Source: Octopus vulgaris
Lineage: Eukaryota
Assembly: GCA_951406725.2 (NCBI GenBank)
Contig: OX597815.1
Location: 82,522,001-82,586,000, forward strand
Length of the DNA: 64,000 nt
Direction: 5' to 3'
Position 1 is the first letter of the stretch. Each line of letters starts with the position of its first letter. The translations under genes were made by a program, and so were the position numbers. Positions 11,347 through 23,950 of the stretch are shown here, piece after piece. The notes under the pieces were generated by a model, which did no database searches, was not told where the DNA came from, and saw only the letters and a list, made by a program, of their open reading frames with translations.

Positions 11347-11657
11347 GAAGGAGCATGGCTCGGTGTTTAGAGCGTCAATATTACGACCGTGAGGTTGTGA
11401 GTTTGAATCCCGGACCGGGCTGTGTGTTGTCTTTATTTCATGTTGCTCCAGTTCACTCAGCTATAGAAATGAATTGTGCCGTCACTGATGCCAAACTGTA
11501 TCAGCTTTTGCCTTTCCCACCTCTGTGGCATGACTGGGGTGGCTTGTATGCATGGACGACTGCTGGTCTTCCATAAACAACCTTGCACGGACTTGTACCT
11601 TGGAGGGTAACTTTTTAGGTGCAATCTCATGGTCATTCGTGACCGAAGGTAGTCTCT
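11347..11657 (+). mobile_element. tRNA-derived SINE
   Basis: A-box TGGCTCGGTGTTTAG, B-box GAGTTTGAATCCC, CORE-like GTTGCTCCAGTTCACTCAGCT. Confidence 0.65.
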
Positions 11658-12114
11658 GCATATCTATATTATAGTGCAGCTTTGACGACAAAATATTTGT
11701 GGAGTAAATGATGGTCTAATCCAACTAAGAGATTTGTAATACTTCCATTTGGAGGATTCCAGGCCCTAATCTGTCATGGAAAATTGGGAGAGGGGTATGT
11801 AATTTTTGAACCAATCGAAAAGCTGTGAGTGGATATACTCACCAACTGAATGGAGGTGTAAAGGAAATATTGTACGTAAATGGGTACACTCCCGAAATGG
11901 GCTGCAATGGGAGAGGGCAACAGGGAAGTGAACTGTTGAAATGTTGCAGAAGGTGAAATGTTGATATTGGATTGCTAGTCTGGCTCTAGAATTAGAAACA
12001 TAAAGTGAGCCTATGCAGTCGCATAAGAATATGTAATAATGAATTACAAGTAAAAAAATAATGCATAATGGCTAACCGCGTGGTTGGTAGGAGTAATTGG
12101 AGAATATGTTTTGA

Positions 12115-13550
12115 TACTGAAATCCATACAGGAAACGTATCTAACGCAGAAAGACACACACTCTATGAAACATAGTCACACTCATACACTTACACACATA
12201 CACAGTCGTATACAAAATGTGATGTCGTTGTCGTCGTGGCATAATATGTCCTGTTAACAACAGAAAGATTATTTCTATGAAATGTTATATTGTTTTAATA
12301 GAAGTGAAAATAAAATTTCGTATTGACAGTGACCAGCCCTCACATATTGATAGTTTATTCAATAATGTAGCTAACGCGGAAAGACACGCACACTGTAAGA
12401 CATGTACACTCTCATACACTCACACACAGTCATTCACAGGCAGTTATACAGTCATATAAAAATGTGACATCGTCGTCATCGTCATGGTTAGAATTAAAGT
12501 AATAGTATAACAGTGACGTTGCATATGCATATGTGTAGATGTGTGTGTGTTCAATAACGCACATAACGTGGAAAGACACACACACTATGAGACATATACA
12601 CACCCAAACCCTCACAGAGAGATACACATTAATATACAAAATGTGATGTCGTTGTCGTCGTGGCATAAAATGTCCTGTTGATAATAGAAAGATTATCTCT
12701 ATGAAATGTTATATTGTTTTTAATTACAATGAAAATAAAATTTCGTGTTGACGGTGACCAGCACTCACATACATATAGCTTGTTTAATAACATACCTAAC
12801 GTGGTAAGACACACATTGTAAGACATACACATACACATACGCTTACACTCATGCTCTCACAGACAGACACACAGTTATATAAAAATGTAATGTTGTTGTC
12901 GTTGTGGTACACAATGTCCTGTTGACATTGTATACCACAATAGAAATTTTATCTCTATGAAATGTTATATTGTTTTAATCGGAATGAAAATAATCGAAAT
13001 GAAAATAAAATTTCGTATTGGCACTGGCCAGCCCTCACATATTGATAGTGTGTTTAATAATGTACCTAATAATGTACACACACTCTGAGACATATGCACA
13101 CTCATAGACTCACACACATTCATTCACAGACAGATACACAGTCATATACAAAATGTGACGTTGTCGCCATCGTCGTGGTTAGAATTAAAGTAAAAGTATA
13201 CGAGTGACATTACATATGTATGTGTAGAGTTACACTTATACACTCACAGAGAGATTCACAGTCATATAAAATATGTAATGTCGTTGTCATTGTGGTATAA
13301 AATGTCCTATTAGCAATAGAAAGATAACCTCTATGAAATGTTATATTGTTTTAATAGAAACTGAAATAAAATTTCGTGTTGACAGTGACCAGAACTCACA
13401 TACATATCGTATGTTCAATAACGTACCTAACGTGGAAAGACACATTGTGAGACACATACACACTCATGCACTCGCATATGCATTCACAGACAGATACACA
13501 GTCATATACAAAATGTGTGGTCGTCGTAGTGTTTAGAATTAAAAGTAAAA
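12115..13550. repeat. Complex tandem array of four ~250-420 bp units
   Basis: TCTATGAAATGTTATATTGTTTT recurs at ~12274, 12698, 12954 and 13330. The ACAAAATGTGATGTCGTTGTCGTCGTGG subunit recurs about 7 times. Confidence 0.9.
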
Positions 13551-15439
13551 GTAAAAAAGTGAAACAATATATCACATTACAATATACATGTTGTTCTTTC
13601 ACTTTTATTCTTTGCCTTTTGACACGTAATACCGAACCAATGCCAATGTAGCATTGTTGTAATCCAAATGACAAAAAAATTACATGTTGACACTCGCGGG
13701 ATATGATAGTGTTACCATGTAAAATTTTATTTGATTTAGTTGAGCCGTTTGAGAATGCATTGGGAACAGAGAAGCAGTTAGAGAGACAGAGGATTTTATA
13801 TATATAAAATGTTTTATTACCTGAAAGAAAAGCACTTTATAAAACAGTAAATTTTGACCTCGTAAATGACCAGCTATTGATATTCTTACGTTCTTGTGAT
13901 AGGTACGATGTAATCACATTTAATTCTCTCGCAGCTTGTATAGGAATTAAGATGCTTAAAATTGATACACGCTCTGTTTTGAAAACAAATTTTATTAATA
14001 GTATTCTTATTATTATGTCCATAAATTAAATCTATCTTTTCAATTATTTATTATTAATATTAATTCAACAAAAGTATTTTTAATTATGCGGTTAATAACC
14101 CGGCATATAATTAATATAACATCAATTATTGCAATTGCTGTGTATGTGCTGTTGTTTCTAGTGAGCGCGTTGTTTATTCTCAGCTCAGCTTGTCTCCTAC
14201 AGGTCTTTTAGCCATAACCTTTACGTCTATTTACAAGCGACATTGCACCTATGATCACATTCTTTGTACTTGAAAAGACAAGGGTGTGATTTAGAGAGAT
14301 TTAGCTGATTTTTCCAGCAAATTGTGTGACCTCATAAAAAAGACCCTCAGAACAGAACCGCTGATTATATTTTTGGAAGTGATTAAAGGTAGATAGTGTG
14401 CGTGTGTGTGTGTAAATAGATTTGAAGTTTGAAGTAGAATGAATAGTTCTAATTTCCAAGATGTTTCAAGAAATGTGGATGAGACATGCAAATATAAAGT
14501 AGACAATTCGTCGAACTAACAAGGTCCTTTGATATTGATGAAGAAGGTGAAACTACTTATATTTGCGATTACGTCGTGGGAGAGAGAACACTCGGTGTCG
14601 CTTACATCAATGTAGCAAATTGTTCTAATCGAGAGGTACACTATTTTGTGAACCCAGAAGAACAAAATGTGAAGCGAATCTGGAGGGTGAGTCAAACTCA
14701 GCTGAGAACGTAAATACATGTAATCAAATACAATGCATTTTGTCCGACGTTGTACCGATTCCACCCTCGTTCCTCTACCCTATTCAGAAAATTTGCTTTC
14801 CTTTCGCAGATTCGTTGAAAATAAGTACTAATGACATACCGAGGCTGACTGAGTCAATTATACTGTTGAAGTTCTGTGCCAATGTCACAAACCCTTTATT
14901 ACTTAGCATACAGGGTGCTGATGAGAGTGTCACAGTTGCAAATGTGTGTCAGTAGTGATGTAATAAGGGATGGTAATGGTAGTGGTTGAGATGATGGTGT
15001 TGGTGATGGAAATAGAATTGGTACCGTTATAGTATTGTGGTATTGACAATTATTATGTTGGAATTCACTAATGTAATGCATTGATACCAGACACATTAGC
15101 GAAATCTCTAACAGATAACCCAGTTATTTTTTTTCCAAACATCAAACACGCAAAGTAAAAATACAATAGAAATATTAACAAAAATAACAAGCACAAACAA
15201 TATTTAGAAGTACATTATCAACAACGACGGCAATAACGCACACTATATTAATATTACCCACCATCAAGAAACATATCTGACCATAGAAACACACACGAGG
15301 TTATACAAATATACATACAAGCAATAAAATACAGACAAGGAACAAAATTTCTTGAAAGTACGACCACTAAGTACCCCGCTTATAATTAGATGTATACATA
15401 TTAGATCATAATATATATGAATATGTGTGAAGAAGAAAA

Positions 15440-15710
15440 TGTGTGATCGCAAGGTCGTGAGTTCAATTCGCGTCGACCCGTTGTTATCCTTGACCAAGAC
15501 ACTTTACTACTCAGCTGGCAAAAATGGTTGTACCTGTATTTCAAATGGCCGGCCTTGTCACACTCTGTGTCACGCTGAATTTCCTTGAGGGCTACGTTAA
15601 AGGTACACGTGTCTGTGGAGTGTTCGGTCACTTGCACGTTAATTTCACGAGCAAGCTGTTCCGTTGATCGTATCAGCTGGGATCCTCGTCCTTGAAACCG
15701 ACGGTGTGCT
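15440..15710 (+). mobile_element. tRNA-derived CORE-type SINE
   Basis: B-box GAGTTCAATTC followed by CORE-like TCCTTGACCAAGACACTTTA. Confidence 0.6.
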
Positions 15711-15730
15711 CCTATATGGATATGTATATA

Positions 15731-15950
15731 AAGGTGGCGGCAATCTGGCAGAATCGTTAGCACGACGGGAAAAATGTTTACCAGCACTTTGATCGCCTTT
15801 ACGTAATGAGTTCAAATTCCGCCCAAGTCGATTTTGCCTTTTATCCTTTCGGGGTCGATAAGATAAGAACCATTTGGGCAATGGAGTCGCTAGAATTCAC
15901 TTACTTCCTCCTGCGAACTTGCTGATCTTGTGTCAAAATTTCAGACCAGT
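15731..15950 (+). mobile_element. Meta/MESC-like SINE
   Basis: GGCAGAATCGTTAGCACG head and GAGTTCAAATTCCGCC..GCCTTTTATCCTTTCGGGGTCGATAA core. Confidence 0.75.
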
Positions 15951-17102
15951 GTATGAATATGTGTCTCAGTATACGTGTGTATGAGTGTGTGTGTGTACGT
16001 ACACAGATATATGCTACACAAACAGTATGCGTATGTTTATGTAGAGTATTTCACATATATCTATATTCGTGGATGTACACAGTCTCATATCAGGACAGAT
16101 TCATCCGCACGTTTCAACGTGTGTTGAAGAATTTTGCTACAAGCCAAGTGTATGGTTCTGTAGTAAAACCCCACCCACCCATACATACATACAGTTACAC
16201 ATGTGATTGCTCACATATCGTTAAGCATTTGTTTCAATATGTGTGAGTAAAATTCTTGTATATATTTTTGTAAAGTTTAACACGAACAAAATACCTATAC
16301 ACATATACTTTCTCTCACATACATTCCTGAATCAATTTTCTACCAATTTGTTCTTAATTCAGTTAGAATCTAACATTTCACGAGTAGAAGCGTTCAGCAA
16401 GGAAATTTCAGTCTCAGAATAAATTCTTCTTCTTTACTTAAGCACACCCCGTCTCATTTTGTTTCTTTCTTTATATTTGTTGTGTTACACGTTTATTTTT
16501 AGGGTTTCACTCTTGCTTTCGCTTTCGCCGCTTGAAATTTAAGCCTTGGATCTTTGGAAGCTCGGATGGAATTTCATTAGTTCTGTGTTTTTTTTTCCCA
16601 TTTTATTTCTGAATTGCAAACAGACTTACTTATCTCACTCTAATTCATTTGCATTATTTTTTTAAAAATAGTTCCTTTGTAAAATGGTAGGGTGAGGGCC
16701 GTTCGTTTCAAATATAGTCGTAGTTTGTATTCTTTTTGTTGAGAAACTGATGGTGATTCGTATTTTCTCGCTTTTTCTTTCTCTATCTATCTCTCTCTCA
16801 CTCCGTCTCGGTACACACAAACACACACATGAGGACCCGTGACTTACTGGTTATGTTGATCGGCTCACGATAGTAAGGGTCTGAGTTCGATATATGGTGA
16901 CACATTGTGTCCTTGAGCAAGACACTTAATATTACGTTGCTCCAGTTCCTCCACCATCGTGATGGTGATAACGTTGATAGACTGTGAAATATATAGGCAT
17001 GGTAATAAGCTTGGTTTCGGATTCAGTCCCACTGGTGGAAATGTCTTCAAGTATAGCAACAAGCCAGCCAAAACCTAGTGAGTGGATTTAGTAGACGGAA
17101 AA

Positions 17103-17310
<208 letters not shown>

Positions 17311-17476
17311 GTATGTCTTTGTGACTGTGGGTATCCCTCACCATCACTTGTGTTTACACACCCATAACTTAGCAATTCAAGTAATAGTGAATGATAGAAT
17401 AATTAACAGGCTAAAAAAGAAAAATAGGTCCTAGGGTCGATTCTTTCGACTAAAATTAGTTCAAGTGGAAGAAAAG

Positions 17477-17521
<45 letters not shown>

Positions 17522-18589
17522 GAAATATGTTACAAAATGAAAATAGAAAAAGTAAAGGCTTTTTATGAAAAGTAACGATAGATATGCACAATAAATATAC
17601 GCTTTTCGTACGTATGTATATGCATAAGTTTGCCTAGCTATGTATTCATCATTTTATTGAAAGTTTCTATTTGGCTTCTGGAACCTGCGGCTTCGGTAGT
17701 TCGGTTTGTAAGGGAATGCATTCAGTAATACTCTATTTATGCTTTTTATCATTTTTTCGTCATTTAGTTTCGCGACACTGTTACTTCTGCAATAATTAAC
17801 GAAGCTTAATTAAAGTAATTTAGCGTAGCTAAAAATGTAAATAATCATTAAAAAGAAAGAAATGATAAAATTTACTAAATCATTCCCTTACTTTTTTTAC
17901 TAACATTCTAACTTAAATATGTAAAGAAGGAAAGTAATACCTAACCACTTGAATTTGCTTTTATACCAACTAAACCATGAATTAGATATGTATATAACCT
18001 GAGCCAATTTGTTTAATTAATTGAATGATTTATTTTAATACTGAACTCAGAAACTAACGAATTCACATCTGTCATGCTACGAACTCGGTTAGTTAACTCA
18101 TTACTTACTCAACTAATTGATTAGCAACATAGAGTGGAAAATAAATAGTTGTTTAATATATTAACTTATAACTACATAAACGTACGAACATCATTCCATA
18201 TTGACGTTAGACCTGCTATAGAAATAACAACTTTATCTTTCTCAAACTATTCGTAATGTCTTAAGAAAGGAAAAACGCTTTGGATTAACACAGTCAAAGC
18301 CATGACATAACAGTCTGTGGATAGGGGACAACTGTTCTCCAAATTTCGATCACAGTAAGAGAGGAAAAAAAACAGACTAATAAAGCAAAATTGTTAGAGT
18401 GCTCGTTAAGATTGATCAAAATTATCAGACTGGATAAATTTGTCCTTTTTGTCCTTCATTCTTTCATGCATAGAATTTACGCAATATCCATGTTTCTCAA
18501 AAAATATCTCCCCTTTTACACTCCAGTCCCAGTTGTATTCACAATATAAAACCCTGAATCTTTCCGATCTTTCTATATTTATTCTTTGA

Positions 18590-18801
18590 AAGGCTGCGAG
18601 CTGGCAGAAACGTTAGCACGCCGGGCGAAATGCATAGCGGTATTTTGTCTGTCTTTACGTTCTGAGTTCAAATTCCGCTGAGGTCGACTTTGCCTTTCAT
18701 CCTTTCGAGGTCGATAAATTAAATAAAGCTGCGTACTGGGATCGATCTAATCGACTAGCTCCTCCCCAAATATTTCGGGCCTTGTACCTCGAGTAGAAAA
18801 G
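18590..18801 (+). mobile_element. Meta/MESC-like SINE, full length, with 16-bp TSD
   Basis: Complete head, core and tail. TATATTTATTCTTTGA at 18574-18589 and 18802-18817. Confidence 0.85.
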
Positions 18802-18824
18802 TATATTTATTCTTTGATAATATT

Positions 18825-19039
18825 TGTTTCAAATTTTAGTACAATGCCAGCAAGTTCGGGGGAGGGGATAAATCCATTACATCGATACTAGTACCCAACT
18901 GATACTTTTTTTTTATCGACCTCGGAAGGATGAAGGGCAAAGTCGATTTCAACGAAATTTAAAATCAGGACGTAAAGACGGACGAACTGCCGCTAACCAT
19001 TTCACCTCGCGTGCAAAGTATTCCGCCTGTTTGCCGCCT
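18825..19039 (-). mobile_element. Meta/MESC-like SINE, full length, with 18-bp TSD
   Basis: Reverse complement of the same family. TTATTCTTTGATAATATT at 18807-18824 and 19040-19057. Confidence 0.85.
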
Positions 19040-19539
19040 TTATTCTTTGATAATATTGCATGACTATGCTCACTGACCAACTTTACCTACTTTAAAATTT
19101 CTCTCTAGAAACATTAATCAGCGCTATACATGTAGCTATCTCCAGCGTGTGTATTCTGATCTTGTCGTATACCAAATTGTAAATGGATATAATAAACCTC
19201 TTCGGTGAAAAAACAGAAAAGAAATCAGATTTTGAATTCAAATGAAAACCCGTTGCTATTCTTCGTGCCTGCCAAGCAGTGATTTTGAAAATCAATGCTT
19301 GAAAATCACAACGGATACTTAAATTTTTCATGCGAAGCATCTTACGGGAGATTTTCTGGTAAGGAAGAATGGAGTGATGCATATTTAATCCACACAATTT
19401 ATTAAACTACGGCCAACATCAGATATGTTGACAGCAATGTTCAGGACATAGCAGACAAAGGAAAAACCAACCAGGAATCTCAAAAGAAGATAGGTTTTAA
19501 AATCTGAAAATATTTCAAGCGACGAAAATCATTATGGAA

Positions 19540-20800
19540 TGAATGAAAGGCTTGGCTTAGGTGGATCCACAGCTTCTGCGAAATAGCATAATCGAAGCTT
19601 GACCCAATCTTTCAGTTTACGTAAAAAGTAACATTGACAAATATCAAGCTTCGTGCGCCCCTTGTTAAAGTGTTTATCCTAACATTTTCAAATTTGGAAA
19701 CCGACAAATCGGCTCACAAAGAATGCAAAAATACTTGTCAGCATGTGACACTGAAAAGAGAAAACTTGGTAGTTATTGTCAAGACACTAGTCTTGCGAGA
19801 TAATGAAGGGGATTGCAATAATTTGTGCAAAAATCTCGATATTAACCGTGTCAGTGTCTTGGAATATTTTCTCTCCAAGAATATTCTTTGAATAGGAGAA
19901 CTCAGAAATCAGTTTGCTTCGAAAATGCAGTTGGTCCTTACATGTTTTCCGCAAGTAAAATAACAGATTAAATAAAATAGCAGATTATGTGGAAACGTTT
20001 TCAGGATATTCCATCATGTTTAATGAAGTGTTTGTCATAAGGAAGATCGACGAAGATGAAATTCATTAATCATTGATGGAAACAGCAGCAAGTCTTTCAG
20101 CGTATTTTATGCAATGCATTCCACGAAAGGAAATGTTGTGCATGAAATAATAATTAAAAAATGTACACTGAAGCGAAGCTGAAAATTGACAAAATTCTAG
20201 AATATTTTGATGGTGCAGTAAATATGAACAGTGTTAATGCAAGTTGGCAATCAGAAAAAACGTGTTTCCCATTTGCTGATTTTTACGAACACCTTCTGAA
20301 TCTTGCTATCCAAGCTACAAAAATAGAGACTAAAGTACTTGTTAATAAGAATTATCCAGAGACTCCAAAACCTTAAGAGAAGTCAGTTTCAAATGAACTC
20401 ATTGAAAACAAAAGTCTATGAAGAACAAATGTAATAAGGGGTCTTCCAGATATGAAAAAAAAACAAACTGTAGTGGTAATTATTTGAAGTCATTCATCGT
20501 CTTGAAAAATAGTCAGAATTGAAAAATATATAGAGAATATAGTGCAGTATTGAATGCCATATGCAATTCTATTTTCTTAACTGGATTGTTTGTGCTGAAA
20601 ATAGTACTGTTAAACAGAAACAACCTCAGCAACATCCAGGGAACGTTGTAGATGTTAGTATAACGAGAAGAGCTACAGCAACCAAGGAAACTTACCAATT
20701 GTGGAAATAGCAACAACAGCAAAAACTCTGAGTTTGGAAATGAAATGGAAAGGTTCGTAAAACTTTCAAAGAAATCATCAAAAGCACGTTAGGTAGAAAA
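19540..20800 (+). pseudogene. Heavily degraded hAT transposase (ZMYM1/DUF4371-like)
   Basis: Fragments occur in the expected order: AHKEC..RENLVVIVKTL..DNEG, YSIMFNE, YFDGAVNM, FYEHLLNLAIQ (cf. hAT YDGAxNM and CxxHxLNL). Many stops; termini not found. Confidence 0.55.
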
Positions 20801-20997
20801 GTGCCTCATTATTTTCAAGCACGCTAGTAAATCAGCAGTAGAAATACCTCTGCATCAGGTTGTCAAAGAATTCTGTCGTTTATTATTGGCTTTATACTGT
20901 TTCATTCACATCAAATAGACTCACTAATAACTATAGGGGAAGAAAACTATCTACAATAAGGAAGTTTGCGAATCAAAACCGGGATGATGCGGTGTAT

Positions 20998-21036
<39 letters not shown>

Positions 21037-21699
21037 AGAGAGAGAGAGAGAGAGATGAAAGATACATACAGACATGTATACATGCATATACAGACAGATA
21101 AATAGACAGACAGACAGATAGAAAGATAGATAGATAGATATCATGCATATCTGTGTGTAGTTATCAATGAGAATGTTTGTATGTATATATGGCGTGGCAT
21201 TCAAATAGAGAAACCTGTCGTTAATGTACTTCACTGAATAGTCGATATTATAAAGTGTAATTGAAATTTATACATGCATAAATTACGCTGTTGCATTCAT
21301 TAACAGTATAATAATAAATTCATTTAGAAACTTAGAAAATGGCTTGTAGAACAATAAGTTTACTGTATAATTTTGTCGACGTCTGATGACCTCTAATTAA
21401 AGAACTATATGATTAAAAAATTCATGCGTCAAATCTGTTAAAGAGTAAGTGCTAAAAGTTCGCACATGAAACAATATCTCTTATCTACAATATGATTTAA
21501 TTCTCTACGTAACCCAACATACTTCACACATCCCGTTCACACCAACGCAGAGGAAAAAAAGAAAGGAAAGTAATCATACGAAAATAAACAAATTAATTAA
21601 TGAAATTGATATAATTAATAAATTAATTCATTTTAAAGTAAAAATAATAACAAAATAACATTTTTTGAGACGTTATGACTATGATTAAGGTCCCTTGGG

Positions 21700-22830
21700 A
21701 AGAGAATTTTTGTGGTTGTGGTGGAGATGATTGTGGAAATTGTGGTGGGGATGGCGATTTGGTTGAGGGTGGTAATAGTGGTGGCGATGATGGTTGAGGA
21801 GGTAATCGTGGAGATGGTGATGGTTAGTCAATTCATATGAAGGGTTATAAAACTAAGGCGACGAATTAACAGAGCAATTATTGTGTCGGATAGAATATCA
21901 TGTGATGTTTGCAAAATGGGAGTTCAAATCTGACCGAGGTCAACATCGCCTTTTATTCTTTTGGGATCGATAAATAAAGTATGAATAAAGTAAAGTATTG
22001 GAGCCGATTCTTCTTTTTCTCTTCCGCTTACTCTCTATGTCTCTCTCGGAACTGACTGCGTTGTTCTGTGAAAGCATCATTGGGGATCACTGACATCGCC
22101 TTTCCTCCAGAAATGGTGAAGGGTTGATCCAAGGCTTTAACAGTTTCATCTCAAAGAAAAACCTGTTTGTTAATGGCGCTGTTCAAGAACGATATGCAGT
22201 GTGGAAAGGAAATATACAAGATTGTAGAGGTAAGTTACTTGATAAGGATGGCAGTGGCGATAATGATGGCTATCAGAGGGATGTTGCAACAGGTATTTGA
22301 TAGTGGTGGTGATGGCGTAATATTAATGGTGAAAGTAAGAGTGAAAATAATGGCGATGTGTTGGCAGTGGACATGGATAGTGGCGACGGTGGCGGTGATG
22401 ATACTATTAGTGATTGTAATTGTGCTGTTAAGGGCTGTTGAAGATAATAGAGGTGATGGTGCTTTTGGTGGTATTTGTGTTGGTGGTGGTAGTGGTAGTG
22501 GCGATTGTGGTTGTGCTAATGGTGGTGGTATTGGCGTTAATATGTGGTGGCTGTATTGATAGAAATAGCAGTGGTGATGATCGTAATTGTAGTGTTAAAA
22601 ATGGTGTTAGCGGTGATAGTGGTGGTGATGTGGTGGTGGTGGTGGTGGTGGTGGTACTTTTGATGGTGGCAGTAATGGCGTTCAGAAGGTTTGGTAGTGT
22701 GGCTAATGTGAAGGGTGATAATGACAGAGGTGGTGTTGGTGATGATCTGGATAAAAGCAGTAATAGTGGTAGTGGGAGTGGGAGTGGAATAGTCGTAATG
22801 GCCATGATGTCAGACATTGCTGTTGTTTGA
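21700..22830. repeat. Degenerate (GGT/GAT)n low-complexity region
   Basis: GGT/GAT/AGT triplet-rich throughout, interrupted by a decayed SINE at ~21855-22010. Confidence 0.75.
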
Positions 22831-23072
22831 GCTCATTCGTCTAATATTAAATATACGACACGAAACCTGGTAATTGAAATTCCGAGATCGATCAATATTC
22901 CACAATCGGATCAGGAAAGATGTTTGACTAGAAAGTTGTACCACTTATAAGAGTAGATAAACCCTAATTCACAAAGTATTTATAATAAGACAGAAATGTG
23001 GTTGTTATTGATGGTATTAAGGTTTCAAACCTGATTGAAACAACAGAGTTCTGTTTTTGTAAGGCCAATATT

Positions 23073-23950
23073 CAGGGTGTTTCAAAAGTCTATGTCACAT
23101 TCTAGGAACTCTTATACCATGAACTACAAATGGTAGCATGATTGAACCGGTATTATTTAAAATTGTTTTAATTTTATAAACTAAACTTTATTTAATTTTG
23201 ATTTCTGTCTCTTTTCAAATCCAGTAATGTCATTCACGAAACAAGAGAAGTCATTTTCCGCCCTAGAATACGCTAAAACCGAATCATGGACACTGTTCAA
23301 CGTAAATTTCGTACAAAATTAACCAAGCAGGCACCAGATAGACGTTCCATTTTGAATTGGCATGCAGAATTTAAAGAGGACATCACTCAGCTTCAGATGA
23401 TACGTTTGAACAGATTCGGTAAGCCTTCCAGCGCAGCTCCCAGACATCACTCAGAATAGTCAATTCCTATCAATAACTGTTTGGCGCGTCTTAAGTAGAC
23501 GGCTGCAGTCCACATCATACAAGCTGCAATTGGTTCAAAAGTTGAAGGGCACTGATAAAGCTATTCGCAATGAATTTTGCGCAAGGGCGTCCTGTTCTCT
23601 TTGCCGGGCATAAATACCTCCTACTCCTTAAATTTTGCATGCCAGTTCAAACTGGAGCGTCTGTCTGGTGCCTGTTTGGTAAACGTTGTACGAAATTTGC
23701 GTTGAACACGTGTCTCTGATTCAGTTTTAGCGTATTCTATGAAGCAAAATGACTTCTTTTGTTCTGTGAATAGCATTACTGGATTTGAAAAGACACAAAC
23801 GACAACATTTAATTTAATTTAATCTAATTTAAATAAACGGAAGAAAAGTTGATCCTTTTAGCTTTTAGATGATAGCTGTTAAATCATGTTACCATTTGTA
23901 GTTTATGATATGAGTTTTCAGAATGTGAAATACACTTATGAAACACCCTG
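23073..23950. mobile_element. Tc1/mariner-derived fold-back element made of two left ends
   Basis: Termini CAGGGTGTTTCA and TGAAACACCCTG-TA. The ~310-bp inverted arms both contain the transposase start (MSFTKQEKSFSALEYAKTES..QRKFRTK..APDRRSILNWHAEFKE, DUF4817-like HTH). Confidence 0.85.

Noticed and set aside
12115-13550. CRISPR-like repeat/spacer appearance
   Set aside because: The units are long, irregular and mutually homologous, with no unique spacers and no cas genes, in a eukaryotic context.
22167-22830. Gly/Val/Thr-rich ORFs
   Set aside because: Degenerate GGT-triplet low-complexity DNA, open in several frames.
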